Source of the DNA: Zancudomyces culisetae HAW-14-8
Lineage: Eukaryota > Fungi > Kickxellomycota
Direction: 5' to 3'
DNA length: 64,000 nt
NCBI GenBank assembly: GCA_052426225.1
Contig: JBNJNM010000011.1
Coordinates: 2,480,001-2,544,000, forward strand
Shown here piece by piece: positions 36,099 through 49,518 of this stretch; position 1 is the first letter of the stretch; every line of letters starts with the position of its first letter. The notes beneath the pieces were generated by a model. It worked only from the letters and a program-made list of their open reading frames with translations, did not search any database and was not told the DNA's origin. The translations under genes and the position numbers were made by a program.

Positions 36099-37298
36099 TT
36101 ATGGCCCGGGAAATGGCAGAGGAGCATGAAGACTATCAATGATATTCAAATACTCTGGCTCATTGGATGCAGTGATAAACCCGTGACGAATAAGAAAGTC
36201 TACAACAACGAGAAGGCAGTTTGGCTTGAACTCAAACGACAGCAGCCTGTTATCCAGAATCTCGTTGATGGTCAAGAGCTGGAAAGACTCAACCTCATCA
36301 TCAACCGAAAACGGAACAACGCTAGGCTCCATTTCAACGTCGTAGACGTATTGGGTCTCGGGTTGAAGCCCAAGCAGTTTATTTCCTTCAAAATAGTACT
36401 GAATGGTTCCAGCGGGTATGCATTTTCCAGTCTCAATACTTTTGTTGATGTCTATTCCACCAGCTTCCTCAAAACATTCGCGTACTAGCGAGCTTTGTGG
36501 GCTTTCCCCTGCGGAAATACCTCCAGCAACTATCTGGTCTAACATTCCGGGGTATGTTTTCTTGGGTGCATTTGAGCGCTTTGCTACCCACATTTTTGTT
36601 TGCTCGCCTCTTAATCGAGAGAACTCGATTGGATTACTAGCTGTGCTTTTGACTGACTTGTCTATCACGTACCCGTTCAGGTGTACACCATATGTTCGTA
36701 TACCAAACACTTGTGCTGCTGCCCTTTCTAGGTATAGAAATACCCTGTCCTTTTCGCTTTTGCAGCCATAAATGGGATATAATTCATCCCTCCATTCTAT
36801 AATATTACATTTGTATTACAACCAGTGTTATTAATGGTGTTGGTTTGTCCGATAATATTGATACCATTTTTTAAAAACACTTGTATATATCTTGTCAAAA
36901 AATAAACCCAGGATAAGTAAAAAATAAAAAACCTAATACAAATTAACAAGTGACTTACTCTTCAGGCATTCCCAACAACCCTTTTCGCGCATAAAGGAAA
37001 GAAAAGTGGCTACATGTTGTTCTCTCAAGGTTCGAGAGTTGCACCAGTCGGCAAAAGTAACAATTTTTTTCACATTGGTAGTGTTTCCACAGCTAGTAGT
37101 GGTTGTAACCTTGAATAGCGGCAAATTGTTAGCTCGATCAGCAATATACTGCTCTATGTCGCCAATGTACATATTTTTTATAGCACCAACACTGGTTCCG
37201 TCTACTATAAATTCATGGTATTCGTTTTGAAAGTCAATATCTTTGTACTGTACACTGTTGCAGAAGTTGACGGCTTCTAGCAAGGTTTTGAACTTCAT
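36099..37298 (-). CDS. Nudix hydrolase (YJR142W / plant NUDT20-like, thiamine diphosphatase-related)
   Basis: Intron 36797..36958. Motifs WRDELYPIY, ERAAAQVFGIRTYGVHLNGY, KTYPGMLDQIVAGG, Nudix box RECFEEAG, QPETQYVYD, FKPNC. Confidence 0.92.
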
Positions 37299-37814
37299 TT
37301 GTGCTTTTGCTCGTTGTGTTTGATGCTATTAAATAAAATTCTGTATATTATTAAATTGTAGAGCTGGGATGTTTACTCGTGTTTTATACCAGTAAAAATG
37401 AGTGGTGAAAATAAAAAATCTGCTCAAGTTTGAATCGGACGTAGTTTATTTGATGCAAAGGTAAAAAAAAGAAATATTAAAACTTTTTTTTTCAATATAT
37501 AAAAGGCAGACTTTTTTCTGATTACAAAGCATACATAAAAGTGCCAAAAAAGACTACTTCAGGTTATTTAGTACTTTTATCGGAGGCTTATATGCACAAT
37601 TGTTTACACTTGTGCAAGTTTACGTGAAAAAAGATACAAATTAGGATATTTTAAATATATTGTTCATCCAAAATATCAAAATAAGCGAAAATATCGAATT
37701 CGGTTAGCCAACACACGCTGGAAACAAGATTCACGACATTTTAAATTTTGTTTACAAAATATAAACTACAAACGCGATAGAAATTCGGATCATTAAGTAA
37801 AAGGGATCAGCGAT

Positions 37815-39071
37815 ATGGATTCGGACAATAAGGAATTTCACCAAAACACGAAAATAAACATCGAACTTGGTATTCTTAAGCAAGCTTTTGGTTCAGTAAA
37901 GTTTGAATATGGTAACTATCTATACTAACCGTCGTATAAGCGTGTTTTAATATTTATTTTGAAAGAAAGGAGGAAAAGTGGTAAGACATATATAAACAAG
38001 TAAATACATTAAAAATTTATTAGGAAAAACAAGCGTGATATGCAGCGTGTACGGTCCAATTGAGGCTAGGCCACAAGAGGAGAAAATCAATCAATCAAAC
38101 ATTGAAGTTCAAATTAAGCCAGGGGCAGGTCTAACAGGTAAGTGAGGGATTCATTTTATTTATGGGTGACTTTCAGATTATGAAAAAAAAAGATAGATAG
38201 AGAAAGGGAAAAGCCTTATTTATTAAAGTATATCCGGTGTTTTGCGACAACCAAAGGTGTGATACAAAGAGCTCGGAAACGACAAGAAAAAATTTTCTAA
38301 CAATTAAAAAACAATATATTGTAGGAACAAGCGATAGATGGATGGAGTACAGTATGCAAAAAGCATTTGAAAATATGATAATGCTGCAGAAATATCCCAG
38401 AATGAGATACAAGTTTAATGTCCAGATAATTAACGACGATGGAGGAGTGAGTGATAATAATTATGTATTCATGTGGTTATATGGTTCGGAAACACCTTGA
38501 AGGCATTCTATTTATTGGTTTATCTGCTTGCTTTAACTCTTTAACTACGATTTACATAGATAGAGGCAGCGGTGATCAATGCTGGATTTTTGGCGTTGTT
38601 GGATGCAGGGATACCATTAAAATCAAAATATTTTGCAACTACAGTATTTATTGACGAACAAGGAAAAGAGATAGAGAAAATGCCATACTCTGAAATAAAG
38701 GTAATATTCCCGTGTCATTTTACATTGAAGATAAATAACATGAATGAGGAAAACACATCAAGTGCGGTGTAATAATATGTGTGGTGTAATGAATAGAACT
38801 TTTCATCGTTTCATACCATGGCCTTTGATATCGAGAATCCGGTATCACCGATATATACAAATTCGAGAGGAAAGTTTAGTATTCAGGAGGTAAAATTTAA
38901 CATTCTTTAGTATCTACACTTTAGTGCATAGATTAAATAATACAACAGGGGAATATATTAACAAACTGGGATTATGAATAGATTAAAAAAGTGCAAGAAT
39001 GCAGTGTAAATAAGTGTAAAAAGCTATCCGAGTTTGTATTTGAACGGTTAAGAGATGTATACACAGGGTGA
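37815..39071 (+). CDS. RRP46: Exosome complex RNase PH-like subunit Rrp46, 6 exons
   Basis: Spliced product: GSVKFEYGKTSVICSVYGP...IEVQIKP...YPRMRYKFNVQIINDDGG...AAVINAGFLALLDAGIPL. Confidence 0.88.
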
Positions 39072-40088
39072 GTGTGAGATAGAGAGTTAGTCTAAGGATT
39101 TGGACCTTTTCATGTGTTTTTTTTATATATAGCTATATCGTTGTTTTTTGTCAACTCAAGACTGACAGGTAGACTTGGGGAAAGCACATAGGTTCAATTT
39201 TTTTTTTTAGCAGATTGGCTTAATAGAGTGGTGGGTTGGTAGATTTTATGTTTAATAAAGCGGACATGTAAAGGGTTGATCTATAATCTTTTGTTATTTA
39301 TATTATGTATTTTTTCTACAACTCAGCTATAAATATTTTGGCAAAACAATAAATCGGGATTGTTTGTATTTGTATTTGTATTTGCATTTGTAACAGGGTG
39401 GTTCCAAGATCAGGTTAGAGGGGTTAAATAATTGTGGATACTCCGAGCATGAAAAAGAGAATTCGGCCGATTTTTACGTACTTTTGGCAAATTTCTTTAA
39501 TAATCACGTTTGAAAAATGCAAAAAACATCGGAAAATCCCTCCAACATTCATGTCAACATCAAACAGAGATGACTTTATTTACAAGTTGATTTAAAGTAG
39601 ATGAGGAGGATGGAAAGGGGAAGGAAGAAAGAAGGAGGGGGAGAAAGAGGTGGAGAGTAGAAGTGGAGTGGAGTGGGGTGGGGTTTTCAGATCACGAATT
39701 CTAGAGAAATTGTCGATTTTTTTCTTCAAATTAGCACCTAATAACTAAAAAACAAAAAAAAAGTAAAGAAAAATTTTTACTATATGTATGGGCTTTTCCA
39801 GTTTTAACTACAGCATGAGTTCGGGATCCAATTGATTTTATAGAAATATCTTGATATTTGTTTTGGTCAAATTAACAAGTTGCCAACTAGAAAATCAGCT
39901 TTATATACCAGAGAAAAGAAAAAATTAACAATTTTCATATTCAAAACAAAAAAAAAAGGGTATAAAAAGCTAAAAACCATCTTTAGCAATAAATAGGTAA
40001 ATATACAAGATTTATATAAACTGAATTTGCAGCAACGCGCGAAAAAAGAGTGAAAAAGAAGTTTTATACAGATATATTTGAGATCAAA

Positions 40089-41431
40089 ATGCAAAACATT
40101 CAGGAAAAAGGTAGAGTATAAATAAGAGTGTATATAGTGTGTAACGGGATAATTGAACAGAAAAGAAAAAACAAATTAAAATTAAAAACAAAATAAATTG
40201 GTATATAGAGGCATACATTATCGGCAGTGCAAGAACAGCAATTGGTTCTTTTGGTGGATCGTTGAGTTCATTTTCAGCAACTGAGCTTGGTTCCATTGCC
40301 CTGAAGGGAGCGCTCCAAAGAAGCGGAGTGGGAGCAGAACAAGTAGAGTCGATATACCTGGGAAATGTAATATCAGCAAACTTGGGGCAAAACCCAGCAA
40401 GACAGGTGGCAATTGGCGCAGGTTGTGCAGAGGACAAAGTGGTGGGAACAACAGTTAACAAGGTGTGTGCAAGTGGAATGAAGGCAGTTGCACTTGCAGC
40501 ACAAGAAATCAGAAGTGGAGACAGCGAGATAGTGGTGGTGGTTGGGACAGAAAGCATGAGCAATGTGCCATACTACGCACCAAGCAACCGATTTGGAGCC
40601 AGGTACGGAAACCAAAGCATCCTTGACGGGCTTGTGCGCGATGGATTGTCAGACGCGTTCAACGGCGAGGCTATGGGATACGCAGCCGAGAAATGTGCAG
40701 CAGACTACTCAATCACACGGGACGACCAAGACAACTATGCAGTCAAATCATACGAACGCGCAATCGCAGCATCAACAAACAACAAGACACAGCCCGAAAT
40801 AGTCGACGCGGTTGTCAAGGGCAGACACGGCAAGCCTGACACAGTCATCAACAAGGATGAGGAGATCCTCAAATTTGATGCAGCCAGATTACGGGCTCTA
40901 CGTGTAGCATTCCCATCAAAGGCTGACCGGTCAGGCACAGTAACAGCCGGAAACGCATCTTCACTATCTGATGGCGCAGCTGCTTTGGTTTTGGTTTCTG
41001 GAAAGAAACTAAAGGAACTTAAGGCTAGTGGTGTCCTTGCCAGCTCACACATCTACCACGTATCGTCGTGGGCAGATGCTGAGCAGCAACCCGTCGACTT
41101 TACCACCTCACCCGCAAAGGCTATCCCCAAGGCTTTAGCCAAAATTGGCGCAGAAATAGATTCAGTCGACTTTTTTGAAATCAACGAGGCATTCTCAGCA
41201 GTGGCAATTGCCAACCAAAAGATTCTTGGCCTCGACAACGACAAACTCAATGTATACGGTGGTGCTGTAGCTATCGGCCATCCGCTAGGCTGCTCAGGCG
41301 CACGTATCATTGTGACGCTGTGCAATGTGTTGGCCCAACACAAAGACAGCAACGGTGCTAAACGTGGCGTGGCAGCTGTATGCAACGGTGGCGGCGGTGC
41401 ATCAGCTATCGTTATAGATCTCTGTTCTTAA
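40089..41431 (+). CDS. ERG10: Acetyl-CoA C-acetyltransferase (thiolase II)
   Basis: Exon 40089..40110 joins 40209..41431 in frame. Motifs NKVCASGMKA, EINEAF, GGAVAIGHPLGCSGAR, CNGGGGAS. Confidence 0.96.
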
Positions 41432-43341
41432 TGCGTTCGCGCATTAGTTCTTTCATGTTTTTAGTGCTTTTGAAGTTTTTGTTGTTTGGATCAATAGCAA
41501 ACTCATGACTATACACCTGCGCAAACCGCTTATCATGCATGTCAAACTTAAAGTCTGGCTGCAATCCTCCTGCTTCTTTAGTTTGGTTGCTTCGTTTCTT
41601 GTTCTTTTTGCCTTTTACTTTCTCTAGTTTCTCTACCTTGAGAATCTGGTTGTAGTCAAAGTGCTCTCTACCATCCTCCTTCTTTCCACTGTCGTCCATT
41701 AGCAACATTTCCAGCTCCTTTTCGTTTGCCACCTTGTTCTTCTTTCCTTGTTTTTTCTCTTCTTCTTCCTCCTCCTCTCTAATTCTCTTCAATTCCTTTC
41801 GCTTCATCTTCTTTTCCTGCATCTTTCTCTTATATCTTTCAATACTTGTCTCATTCTCGGTATTTACTGTTGCTCCTGACAATCCAGCCTTGAAACTTAT
41901 TTCCATCTCCTCGTCTTCTTGGAACTCCTTTTGATTGTACACATCGTTATCATCGTTCCCTTCAAGCAATAGCCGTCTTAGTTCTTCTATCTTTTGATCT
42001 CTACGTTTCTTCTTTTTATCCTTATCTCCGTTCCCATCTACTCCATTTTCTTCTTCATCTGTCATCTCATCATCTTCTGACTCATCCTCTGACCCTGAAG
42101 ATGCTAAAAATCCCTTATACTCAATCTCATCTATCTCTTCATCCTTGTTATTGCTCCTGCGCATCATTATCACTCGTCGATTGTCTGTATTATCCCATGT
42201 CAGCTCCACTTTGCTGTGTTGAAGTGCTTTTGTCACAAATTTGTCATTTGATCTATACTTTCCATACGATTGCATCTCATTCACTCGCTCCTTAACATCT
42301 TCCTCTGAAAACTCCTCACCATCGTCCACATATCTTATATCAAAATAATTTCCGCTACTTTCATACTCTGTTCCATCACAGTTTGAATATATTCCTCGTG
42401 CTGTCTCTACACTATCACATTCCACTATACAATAATAATATCGCAGCTTTTCCAGTTCATACTTTCTCAACTTCATCTGATCTATTCCATCTACCCCATC
42501 ACCATCCCCATCACCATCCTCTTCGGCTTTTTCTCTTTCTTTCCCCTTTGATTTTTCCTCTTTATTCTCTGTTTGCTCATATTGTGGTCCGAACTGTTTC
42601 TCCTTTTCCATTCGCTCCTTTCCAAAGCTAGACACGTAGATACTAACTCTCATTATTGCTCCTCCCTGTGGAACAAACCCTGAAAACGCCACCATGATGT
42701 CTACTGCTCTTATGTTATCCCAATCCATATTTACTACTGCCAACCTTTTGCTTTCGTTTTCTGACCTCTCCACATTATCCTGTCCTAATACTTCGGCTGT
42801 CATATCTGTTCCTGCTTCTTCTTCCTCTTCTTCCTCCTCACTTTCTTCGTCCTCATCCTCACTGCTGCTGCTCCCCAAACCTTCACCTCGAGCTAAATCC
42901 ATTCGTTTTTTCCTGCTCTTCGCTTGTGCAGCTCCTTCTTTTTCTTCATCGTCTTCTTCCTCGCTGCTGCTTTCTGTAGACTCAGAATCCTGTTCGCTAT
43001 TTTCCTCCTCTTCTTCCTCTTTCTCACTTTCCTCCTTTTTCAGGTTATAGTACCTGCTCAACTGCGCAGCTGTCCTGCTATCCTCGATTCTTCTTCCATA
43101 CTTGTCAACTATTATTGAGTTTGTATAGTTTTTACTTTATTAAGTTTCAACCTAGTATAAATTTACCGCCAACTTCCTAGCTCAGTATATTCACGATCAA
43201 CTTACCTTTGAGTTTAAATTCATCTTGCTCAATCTTTCCAGCAAATCTACTGTCCAACTCAACCTTGTGCTTGATTTTGTTGGGCTTGATAAATCTTGGA
43301 TCCCGTCTTGCCTTGTCGAATCGTTCGTCCCTTCTTTCCAT
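41412..43341 (-). CDS. ESF1: Pre-rRNA-processing protein ESF1
   Basis: Exon 43206..43341 (DERF...DPRF...DSRF) joins 41412..43108 (VDKYGR, RLAVVNMDWDNIRAVD, LRYYY, DGTEYESS, ALQHSKVELTWD, C-terminal NUC153-like DKRF...FAIDP). Confidence 0.95.
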
Positions 43342-43434
43342 TCTTTGTATTGTGGAGCTTGTGTATTGATTTTGTTTTTATTTACAAGTTTGCCAAATAA
43401 AAAATATATTATTTTAGGTTTATACGCTACTTTT

Positions 43435-43520
43435 AAAAAAAAAAAAATTTTTTTTTTTCTAAACTTGATTCCCATTTTAATCGATCCTTTTTTTTTCGCC
43501 CATAATTTGTAAAAGATGAG
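43435..43520. promoter_or_regulatory. RRPE-like A13T11 tract and PAC-like GATGAG in the 254-bp divergent ESF1/SMAP-protein promoter
   Basis: A-to-T run at 43435-43458 and GATGAG at 43515-43520 between two nucleolar-type genes. Similar A/T junctions precede PUS7 (~5660) and GRS1 (~24785). Such runs are common in AT-rich DNA. Confidence 0.3.
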
Positions 43521-43595
43521 TGGAGATCTTATAGCCATTTAAACTAAACTAACGGAATAAATTACAATATAACAAATTTGTATTGATAATCCAAA

Positions 43596-44638
43596 ATGGG
43601 CAAAACTAAAGAGCGCAAAACTAATTCCACGGCACCTGCTACACAATGTTCAGATACTTCTAATAGCTCAATTAAGCTAAAGAAGGTTAAAACAACCTCT
43701 GGTTCGGATACCTCCCTCACACCAAAAATTGAAAAAAAGGACAAGAAAGACAAGAAGGACAAGAAGGACAAGAAAGACAAGAAGGACAAGAAGGACAATA
43801 AGGACAATAAGGACAAGAAGGAACGAAAGAAGAAAGACAAAAAGAGTAAAAAAGAAAAGAAGGAGAAAGATACAAAGGAGAAAGATACAAAGAAGGAGAA
43901 AGATACAAAGGAGGAGAAGGAGAAGAAGGAGGCTGGTAAAAAGCGTAAGAGAGTCGAAGATAATTTTAGCATTACCCCTCCAGTCGCTGAAAACTCCAAA
44001 ATCACTAGTACCAACTCTTCTGTTCCAAATGGCGAAAAAAAATTCAAAAAATCAAAGCACAACAAAAAATCCAATGTTTCTGATTCCTCGCCTACACCAA
44101 AACATACTATCGAAAAGGTATTCCATTCATAACCATCTTTTACTACCTTCTTTTCCTGTAGATTCATACACACCGCTGATATATTTGCGTTGTTTTTATT
44201 TAATGACTACATGTACCCAAAAGTTAAATAACCATACATTGCTCTAATGCCAGTAAATATACAAATAAATAGTCAACTTCAGAAAAAACCCAGACCCAGA
44301 CCAAGACCTCATCAATCATCGAGGATACAAATAAACCTACTACTAATGCCTGGAATAACTGGCAGGATTCCACATTCGAAAACCAAGACAGAAAAAATAA
44401 GTTTCTTCGCCTCTTAGGCTTCAATAAAGCAGGAAGCGGTACAAGCACAGCCCAGAATCAAAATGGCAGCAGCGCCACTATCAACTTCACAGGCAGTGGC
44501 TCTGCCAACCTTAACTCGGCAATAGACCAAAACATTAACCGGAACATCCAGAGCTCCTTGGAGCAGCAGTTTCAAAGGGGTCTTCAATTTAAAAAGATGA
44601 CTAACAAGGGCCGTAGAGCCGGTTTAGGTTCACTATGA
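43596..44638 (+). CDS. Lysine-rich nucleolar protein with a C-terminal SMAP (small acidic protein) domain
   Basis: Exon 43596..44117 (KKD/KKE repeats) joins 44273..44638 (WNNWQDSTFENQDRKNKFLRLLG...LEQQFQRG...RAGLG). Confidence 0.85.
43737..43822 (+). repeat. Coding 9-bp tandem repeat (AAGGACAAG), encoding (KKD)n
   Basis: About 9 copies seen directly. Confidence 0.9.
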
Positions 44639-44717
44639 TATAACATTTAATTATTCTTCTTTTTCTTTTCTTTTCTTGTATCTCCTCCACCTTTGTATAA
44701 AATACATTTATTTCTTT

Positions 44718-45608
44718 TTACAGTGGTGGGAAATCCTCTTTGGAAAACTCTGGTGTCTTGGAATCCACATTTCTGTATATTCCTCTACCAATACCAGTAT
44801 TGGTATCGTTTCCCTTTTTTTTGATTTCCCTGTTTGACAGTTCGGGTGACTGACTACTGCTTCTGAGCATTGGAATTACATATCTAGGTATACTCTCTCT
44901 GGGAGCGTACCCTTCCCTTACCCTCCGCTCCTTTCGAACGCTCCCATCGGCTCTTACTGATGCTGGGATATACGATACAGCTGATTTAGTTACTGGCGTT
45001 TTGTCTAATAACTCATTGCTCATTCTTGTACTCTCCGAGTTCGATTCTACTTTATTTCCTTTTTCCCTTAGCGGCCGTTGATCGCATTCTAGATACGATT
45101 TCTTTTCGTCAGCTGTATTTCGATCCAGAATATTGGATGTTTGACTCCCATTTTCTAGATTTTTGGATTGATCTGCGCTTAAATGCTCTAAAGTTGTTAT
45201 CAATATGGCTTTAGCAATTTTTTGCAATATTTTTACCTTTATATCTAAAAAAATTAATAAAATTTAATTATAGGAGTGGAACAAACCTCGTTGTACGCCA
45301 ATCTTTATACTCGAAAAGCCATCAATCAGCCCTGAATATGTGTCATACTTTTCGTTATTTTTGTGTCCTAATGTTTCGCAATCAATACTACTTTCCCGCT
45401 CTTTTACGCTAAGCATACTTTTAGACGTGTATTGTCGGCCTGTTACATTTTTTAGCACAGATCGTGGTAGACAATTTTCGTCTTTTGTGTCTAGAACTGT
45501 GGTTTCATGAGGGTTCAAGTTTGAATTAGGAGTTGTCAATCTGGGTTTTCTAAGATGAGGAGGAACATACTTTGACTTTGCAGATTCTTTCGCTTTGTGA
45601 TCATTCAT
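44718..45608 (-). CDS. PYM1: PYM1/WIBG-like protein (Mago-Y14-binding domain), about 282 aa
   Basis: YIPASVRADGSVRKERRVREGYAPRESIPRY matches the Mago-binding motif. ORFs 45264..45608 and 44718..45227 join in frame over a 42-nt GT-AG intron (45245..45286). Confidence 0.75.
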
Positions 45609-46179
45609 TGTTCTGGTGGCTTAACTTATCTATCAGTTCTCACTAGATATACCTTGCTTCTCTTTTTTGCTTTTTTTTTTATCAGAAATAATTAACCAGC
45701 TAACAAATAAATCGAGTTTAATTTTGCAATCCTTATTCATTTTATTTAGATCCCAATTTTCACTGAATTGTTCAATAGGTCCGATACTCAACTTGGCTTG
45801 TATTATGACTCTTCACTCTGAAGTTTGATCAAATTTATAATTTCCTCATGACCAGGGGGAAAAGCACACTAATTGTGTTTACATTAGCTTTGTTTTTGAT
45901 CCCAGAATCACTACACTATGGTGTACTTTGGATACAGAATCTCTGGTTGATACAAGCGAAAAGTAAAAAGAATTTGTTGTATTTTTTTGTTTAGCCACTT
46001 TTCACCACCTAAAAGCAAAAATTCACTAAATATAAAAAAATGGAGCTAAAACCAAAGCAGATAATTAAATAATTGGATGCAAATATAATATCTATAAAAG
46101 ATTAGACTATTATACATTGCATACGCACCACTTCTTTGTCTCTCAGTTCAGTCAAAGAAGAAAAAAATACATCTCTGCC

Positions 46180-46867
46180 CTACATAGTCATCTATGGTAT
46201 ATCAAAAAAAAGGTAGTTTGATTAATAAGAATATCTGGTTAATTTTACTATATTTTAAAATATTGATGCTTTGAATGAGTACATACCATCATTTTTACAA
46301 ATTCCTTGTAATTTATTTGGCCATCACCGTCGCTATCGGCCTCCTTTATCATCTCGTCCACCTCTTCATCGGTCAGCTTTTCGCCAAGTGAAGTCATCAC
46401 GTGTCGCAGCTCTGCAGCTGAAATCAGTCCATTTCCATCTTTGTCAAACACCTTGAATGCCTCTTTGATTTCCTCCTCAGCGTCACTGTCCTTCATCTTT
46501 CTCGCCATAAGCGTAAGAAATTCTGGAAAATCTATTCTTCCATTCCCATCTGCATCGATTTCGTTGATCATATCCTGCAATTCAGCCTCAGTTGGGCTCT
46601 GGTTGAGGGATCGCATTACGACGCCCAGCTCGGCTGTTGTAATCGAACCATCAGAATCCTTGTCAAAGAGCTGGAATGCCTCTTTGAATTCTGCTATTTG
46701 TTCTTCAGTTAAACTTTCTGTCTATTCAACAGGAATGTATTTGTTTTAGTATAAAAATCTGCTTCGTACTCGATTAAACACCTCTAAAAGAATCTGAAGC
46801 TAGATACCCATGCGTGTCTGGGTGATGGTTTTGTCTATTTATTTGGGGATCCAGGTGTACTTACCAT
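46180..46867 (-). CDS. CMD1: Calmodulin, 3 exons
   Basis: ATG-only exon 46865..46867; [13 protein letters not shown]; four canonical EF loops ([48 protein letters not shown]); last exon 46180..46191. Confidence 0.96.
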
Positions 46868-47911
46868 TTTTACTCTCTACTTTCCGCTCGTAAGCTTTAA
46901 ACAAACTTTAATTCGATTTGGTACTCGGTATCAAACTTGGTGTTTTTGGTTGAAAGCAAAAACAATCGTTTTTTATACAAGAAATACTCCGCTTTTTTGT
47001 TTTTTGTAACTTTCAGCCTCTATTTTTTTCTTTGGCTTAAATGCTTTTTACCGCAAAAACCAAAGTTAACTTTTGGCAATACCAATTGCTGTGTTATCGT
47101 TTTATTTGGCACTTTTCAATGATCAGCACCAATTAAACAACTCACTTATTATTGTGCTTTTTTTCCAATAGTTTAGCTGTTGGTTCTGTGGACCTCTAAG
47201 CCTTCTCGATTATTAATAATAAATTAAGTGCACGTAGTTCTTGTGCATTTGGAGCTAAGTAGTCACCACAGCCAATTAGCAAACTGCCTTTTGCTCATTC
47301 GTTGCAATTTACTTTATTGTTTATTCAAAATCTCGGCTCGCCCTTCTAGAAAACAAAACAATATCTCATAAACTATTAGCAGTGTTTTAACCCAATAGTA
47401 GCAACGTGGTATTATTTCCATCACAATCATACGATCAATAAACTCAGCACCTCTCAAGAACGTTTTCCTCAGCCCTTCTATTTCATGGGCATTCTGCTCA
47501 GCAACCCCTACCACTCTTTTGTTTTCTTATGATGGGAATATAGATTAAACTACAATTCTACAGTATTTTTTTGTAATCACGATTTAATGTAGTTGTAACA
47601 TGTTTGTTTCATCTACAACTGAGATTTACATAAGATCGGAACAGCTCACCTATTTTCAACATCTTTTCTTTGCATAAATCTGAATTGGCTATATGAATCT
47701 CGTTCTGGTTTGGTGCAGCTAAATTGGCTTGGCATACGAAAACATTTTCCACAGCTTGCATTTATGCCAAGTTAATATACACTTTGATATACTTGAACAA
47801 CATTAAAATTAGTATAAATGACCTTCGTAACAAGCACCAAAAAATATAAAAACAAAATTTACTCTTTAAAATTATTTTTTGCGTACTTTCCTATCAGCAT
47901 CCATACTACCT

Positions 47912-48050
47912 ATCACATCACATCAATTCGCATCACATCACATCAATTCGCATCACATCACATCACATCACATCACATCACATCACATCACATCACATCA
48001 CATCACATCACATCACATCACATCACATCACATCACATCACATCACATCA
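47912..48050 (+). repeat. (CACAT)n pentanucleotide microsatellite
   Basis: About 20 uninterrupted units preceded by two interrupted units. Confidence 0.97.
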
Positions 48051-49518
48051 ATTAACTTGCACTTACTTGGCTCTATTATTCTAACTACCCTGATCAGGTT
48101 TCTACCCAGAAACATGTATATCTATTATTACTGTGATAATAGTAAAGATACTTTGGGAAGAACAACGTTTTGGTACATTTACTTTATTATATCAACAGGT
48201 AGCTTAAATCTGTACTCTTTACCTTTTTAAATTAGGAAAAAAAAACTTTTAACGTTTTATTAATGTTTTGTGAGTATCAAACTCTCCAAAATTGAACAGC
48301 ACTTCGCCATTCCATATTCATCGCCTCAAAAACCCAATACACTCCAACTCTTATTTTTTTACCACACTAATCAAAACGGTGTTGTTACTTTCGCTTAAAA
48401 AGTTCTTACTAGAACTGCCACATTAAACCATTAAAACTGATTTTAGCTTTATATTGCCACAATTGGGGGAGGTGGGGATAATTTCCAATTGTGTACAGTT
48501 AAAAACATCATAGCAACTTTTTTTTAGTGGTAGCACTGGTTCTCTCTAGTTACTTGCCACAGAGTTTCTCAAAAAAAATTTTTGATGTGGTAATACAGTT
48601 TTGTTTACTAGTCAAATAAAAGAGACATATGTCACAGATATCCTCCCTTTATAGGATGGTAACTCAATGTCGTAGGTCCTGAGCTTGGATTACAAGGGAA
48701 GGTTGTGTTGACATATACTAGGCTTCCTCTTGACATTTTTGAAGCATACCAAAAGAGGAATTCTTGTCGATGTGAATACATAAAAAAGATGCGAGTACGT
48801 GGTTTTTTTGTTGCTAAACGAGTTTTAACTCTGCTATGTACTGAGTCCAATACCTGATTTAATATTACCAAAAGTAATATAAGTATATGGCTTTCTGGGT
48901 AGTTGGGTGGATATCAATAAATCTTTATAAACACACATCTCTGTAGCGTTTAACGCCATAGCAGAGGACCTATACTTGCCATACTACAAAACTATGAAGT
49001 CGAAATGATATTGAGCTTCCATAATTTGACAAAACCCTCTTACTGGGACCTAGTTGGTCATACATTACTTTTTTATTTGCTATAGTGTTCAAATGTATTC
49101 TTCCATTCATTACAAATAGCTGCGGTTGTTTTCAAAAAGCTATTGTAGAAGATGTAGGGAAAGGGAAGGAAGACATACAAATACACCTGTTTAGGCAACA
49201 AAGTTTTACTAAACTTCCGTTTCGGCGCTCAACACACATCTATTGAAGCATGTATGTTTATAAACATTAACGCGGTGCTTTTTAAGCATAATAGCTCATT
49301 TTGGCAATTTTAGTAAATGTACATCCCCTCCAAAAAAAGACTAGAGGCTTCAAAGAGTATAAATATAATAACAACGAAATTACTACGTAGTCAAGGTCAA
49401 TATAATAAATCAAAATATAATATATAATACGTTATTTTCTTGGGTTTTCTAAAGAAAAAACGAGCACAGTTAGAAGTCAATAATTTTGAGATAATAGCAC
49501 TAATAGCTCATAACTGCA

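Noticed and set aside
42694-44247. Long Ser-rich, Phe/Leu-rich or Arg-rich alternative ORFs (also 29575..30133, 14551..15060, 52126..52752)
   Set aside because: These are antisense or shifted-frame shadows of low-complexity regions in ESF1, the SMAP protein, IWS1, HIR3 and the rod protein.
46180-46867. Calmodulin substitutions (SLNQSP in place of SLGQNP) as a sign of a novel EF-hand protein
   Set aside because: All four EF loops, the length and the ATG-only first exon are canonical, so this is ordinary calmodulin divergence.
47818-48084. ORF with (HHITS)n repeats
   Set aside because: It is simply the translation of the (CACAT)n microsatellite.
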